DNA from: Elusimicrobiota bacterium | Lineage (GTDB): Bacteria; CG03; SLGR01; JBDRKX01 | DNA: 10,083 bases | Reading direction: 5' to 3' | Assembly: GCA_043813605.1 (NCBI GenBank) | Contig: JBDRKX010000025.1 | Span: 1-10,083 of the forward strand | Shown here: piece by piece, positions 7,665-10,083 of the stretch | How the letters are laid out: the number at the start of each line of letters is the position of its first letter | How positions within the stretch are numbered: the first letter of the stretch is position 1 | Program-made: the position numbers and the translations under genes | Notes under the pieces: model-generated | The model's input: the letters and a program-made list of their open reading frames with translations, nothing else | Database searches by the model: none | What the model was told of the DNA's origin: nothing

Positions 7665-8152
7665 TGGAAGAACAAGTTCAGGAACTGATTGAGAGGGTAG
7701 TAAATATCAAGCGTGTTGCCAAAGTGGTTAAAGGCGGTAAGAGATTCGGTTTTTCCACACTTACAGTCGTAGGTGACGGAAATGGCAGGATAGGGTGTGC
7801 TATAGGTAAGGCAAATGATGTCAGGGCATCGATCGAAAAGAGTCTAGGTTACGCAAAGGAAAATATGCAGCAGGTAGCACTGACTGACGATTTTACGATT
7901 CCCCATTCAATATTAGGTAAATGCGGTGCGGCGGAAATACTCCTGAAACCTGCCGGACCCGGTACGGGTATTATTGCCGGGGGACCTGCCAGGGATGTGT
8001 TGACAGCCGTAGGCGTTAAGAACATATTTGCAAAATGTCTGAGATCAAGGAATCCTCTCAATGTAGTATATGCGACTATAGAAGGTCTCTCAAGGATCAG
8101 GACAAAGGAAGAGATAGCAGAATCAAGAGGTAAGGAGGTCACCAAACTGTGA
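7664..8152 (+). CDS. rpsE: 30S ribosomal protein S5 (uS5)
   Basis: 162 aa with [23 protein letters not shown] and [12 protein letters not shown] motifs; TAATG overlap. Confidence 0.98.
   Translation: MEEQVQELIERVVNIKRVAKVVKGGKRFGFSTLTVVGDGNGRIGCAIGKANDVRASIEKSLGYAKENMQQVALTDDFTIPHSILGKCGAAEILLKPAGPGTGIIAGGPARDVLTAVGVKNIFAKCLRSRNPLNVVYATIEGLSRIRTKEEIAESRGKEVTKL
8131..8139 (+). promoter_or_regulatory. Extended Shine-Dalgarno site of rplO (TAAGGAGGT)
   Basis: A full anti-SD complement embedded in the rpsE 3' end, 9 nt before GTG 8149. Confidence 0.8.
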
Positions 8153-8601
8153 CTGATTGTGCGAATCTTACGTCAATAAGACAGAAAAAAGGTACGAATG
8201 CCAAAAAGGTCCGTAAGGGTCGGGGATCCGCTTCAGGCAAGGGAAGAAGTTGCGGTAGAGGACACGGCGGAAGCGGCCACAGGGCAGGAGTTTCGAAAAA
8301 AGTCGGATTTGAAGGCGGCCAGATGCCTCTTGTCCGGAGACTTCCCAAAAGAGGTTTCACAAACGTCATGTTCGCAAAGAATTTTGAGATTGTCAATATC
8401 AGTCAGTTGCAGGAAAAATTTTCGAGCGGTGACCTGGTTAATCCTCAAAAACTTAAAGAAACCGGGCTGATCAAAGGAAAATATGCGGTCAAAATACTCG
8501 GAAACGGTGAACTGAAGAAAAAGATCAAGATAGCGGGTTGCAGTTTCTCTGAAACAGCGAGAAAGAAAATAGAAGAGGCCGGCGGAGAAATAGATGCTTA
8601 A
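8149..8601 (+). CDS. rplO: 50S ribosomal protein L15 (uL15), GTG start
   Basis: 150 aa with RKGRGSASGKG, GFEGGQMPLVRRLPKRGF, KILGNG and KIEEAGG motifs; GTGA overlap with rpsE. Confidence 0.97.
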   Translation: MTDCANLTSIRQKKGTNAKKVRKGRGSASGKGRSCGRGHGGSGHRAGVSKKVGFEGGQMPLVRRLPKRGFTNVMFAKNFEIVNISQLQEKFSSGDLVNPQKLKETGLIKGKYAVKILGNGELKKKIKIAGCSFSETARKKIEEAGGEIDA

Positions 8602-9913
8602 AGGTTTCGGGAACATTTTCAAGATCGCTGATCTCAAGAAGAAGATCCTGTTTACAATAGGGGTGCTGGCTGTATACAGGCTGGGAACCACACTGCCTGT
8701 GCCCGGTGTAGATGTAAGAGCTCTTAAATCTTTCTTTGAAGCCCAGGCGGGATCTCTGTTCGGATTTCTGGATATGTTTTCCGGCGGTGCGCTTGGAAGG
8801 CTGTCAATATTTGCGCTCGGGATAATGCCTTACATCAATGCATCAATAATAATGAGTCTTTTAAGGACCACTATCCCTTATCTTGAAAAACTTCAGAAAG
8901 AGGGAGAAGCCGGAAGGAAAAAGATCACTCAGATAACTCGTTATGCAGCAGTTGCGATTGCAGCTGTTCAGGCATTCGGACTGACATTCTGGATGCAGTC
9001 GATGGAAACGGGCGGAGTAAAAGTTGTGCAGAATCCGGGACTGAAATTCCAGATTGTAACTGTTATAACTCTTATGACAGGAACAATACTGATAATGTGG
9101 CTTGGAGAAAGAATATCCGAAGACGGTGTAGGCAATGGTATATCACTGATAATATTTACCGGTATAGTGGCCAGGCTGCCTGCGGCAACGAACAATCTTT
9201 TCAGGATGATACGTGTTGAAGAACTTGCACTTTTCAGCGCTCTATTTATATTAGCTTTAATGGTCGCGATCACTATGTGTGTCGTTTTTGTCGAACAGGG
9301 TCAGCGCAAGATACCTGTTCAGTATGCAAAAAGAGTTGTCGGTAGAAAGATGTACGGCGGGCAGAGCACTTATCTCCCCCTTAAAGTCGATCAATCAGGC
9401 GTTATAGCTGTGATATTCTCAATGGCAGTATTACTTTTACCGCTTCAGCTTGCACAGTTTTTTCCGGATTCGCCTGTTTTTTCAACAATCAGCCAGTACC
9501 TGAGACCCGGTTTCTGGGCAAGGACAATACTCTATGCGGGGCTCATAGTATTCTTCTGTTATTTCTATACTGCTATTACATTCAACCCCAGGGATATTGC
9601 AGAGAACATGAAAAAATGGGGTGGATTCATACCAGGTATAAGGCCTGGGAAACCCACAGCGGATTATATTGACAAGGTTCTTACGAGGATAACATTTGTA
9701 GGAGCGGTGTTTATAGTGCTTATTGCTATTATGCCGTCGTATTTTCAGCAGTGGTTTAATGCTCCGTTCTATTTTGGAGGGACAGCACTGCTTATAGTTG
9801 TAGGTGTGGCTCTTGATACTATGGGACAGCTTGAATCACATCTGATGATGAGGCAATACGAAGGTTTTATGAAAAAGGGCAAACTCAAGGGGCGATATTT
9901 TAATATCAAGTAA
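8594..9913 (+). CDS. secY: Preprotein translocase subunit SecY
   Basis: 439 aa polytopic membrane protein with [56 protein letters not shown] and [12 protein letters not shown] motifs. Confidence 0.99.
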   Translation: MLKGFGNIFKIADLKKKILFTIGVLAVYRLGTTLPVPGVDVRALKSFFEAQAGSLFGFLDMFSGGALGRLSIFALGIMPYINASIIMSLLRTTIPYLEKLQKEGEAGRKKITQITRYAAVAIAAVQAFGLTFWMQSMETGGVKVVQNPGLKFQIVTVITLMTGTILIMWLGERISEDGVGNGISLIIFTGIVARLPAATNNLFRMIRVEELALFSALFILALMVAITMCVVFVEQGQRKIPVQYAKRVVGRKMYGGQSTYLPLKVDQSGVIAVIFSMAVLLLPLQLAQFFPDSPVFSTISQYLRPGFWARTILYAGLIVFFCYFYTAITFNPRDIAENMKKWGGFIPGIRPGKPTADYIDKVLTRITFVGAVFIVLIAIMPSYFQQWFNAPFYFGGTALLIVVGVALDTMGQLESHLMMRQYEGFMKKGKLKGRYFNIK

Positions 9914-10083
9914 TGGATATGAAACTCGTAATGCTGGGTATAGTAGGTGCTGGAAAAGGGACACAGGCAGACAAGCTTTCTGAACATCTTAATGTACCTC
10001 ATATATCAACAGGTGACATCTTCCGGAATGCCGTGGAAAAAGAAACTGAACTGGGTATTGAAGCAAGAAAGATAATGAATCAG
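9913..10083 (+). CDS. adk: Adenylate kinase, N-terminal part (3'-truncated by window edge; alternative start ATG 9919)
   Basis: Translates as (MD)[55 protein letters not shown], with P-loop GxxGAGKGTQ and HISTGDxFR. secY-adk adjacency is common. Confidence 0.96.
   Translation, partial: MDMKLVMLGIVGAGKGTQADKLSEHLNVPHISTGDIFRNAVEKETELGIEARKIMNQ

Noticed and set aside
8198..8470. 90-aa alternative-frame + strand ORF inside rplO, considered as a displaced rpmD
   Set aside because: It has no uL30 features (no SxIG...LGL...N), is fully nested in rplO and has no clear SD.
9911..9921. rpmJ (bL36) missing after secY
   Set aside because: secY-adk-(map)-infA-rpmJ is the common order outside Enterobacteria, so rpmJ would lie beyond the window.
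1..10083. A novel multi-gene system, CRISPR array, intron/intein or mobile element
   Set aside because: About 99.5% of the window is accounted for by canonical translation/secretion genes of roughly normal length. There are no insertions, repeat arrays or unexplained space.

Overview
This window is core housekeeping DNA: a bacterial str/S10-spc ribosomal protein superoperon, all on the + strand. The order is 3' end of tuf, rpsJ, rplC, rplD, rplW, rplB, rpsS, rplV, rpsC, rplP, rpmC, rpsQ, rplN, rplX, rplE, rpsZ (Zn-type S14), rpsH, rplF, rplR, rpsE, rplO, secY, and the 5' end of adk. I see no mobile element, CRISPR array, RNA gene or new multi-gene system. Four things stand out. (1) Compaction is extreme: 15 of 22 junctions overlap, only about 54 nt are intergenic, and there is no room for an S10 leader or an intergenic spc promoter. 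(2) rpmD (uL30) is missing from its usual slot. (3) uL18 lacks its basic N-terminal arm, while an Arg-rich in-frame stretch with no start codon lies hidden inside the rplF tail. (4) Many normally well-conserved motifs are substituted (uS10, uL3, uL2, uL5, uL6, uS5, uL15, Adk P-loop), which suggests a divergent, probably poorly sampled lineage. Several ORF-track starts were moved to the family-consistent start codon. Motif comparisons rely on remembered consensus sequences, not on alignments.
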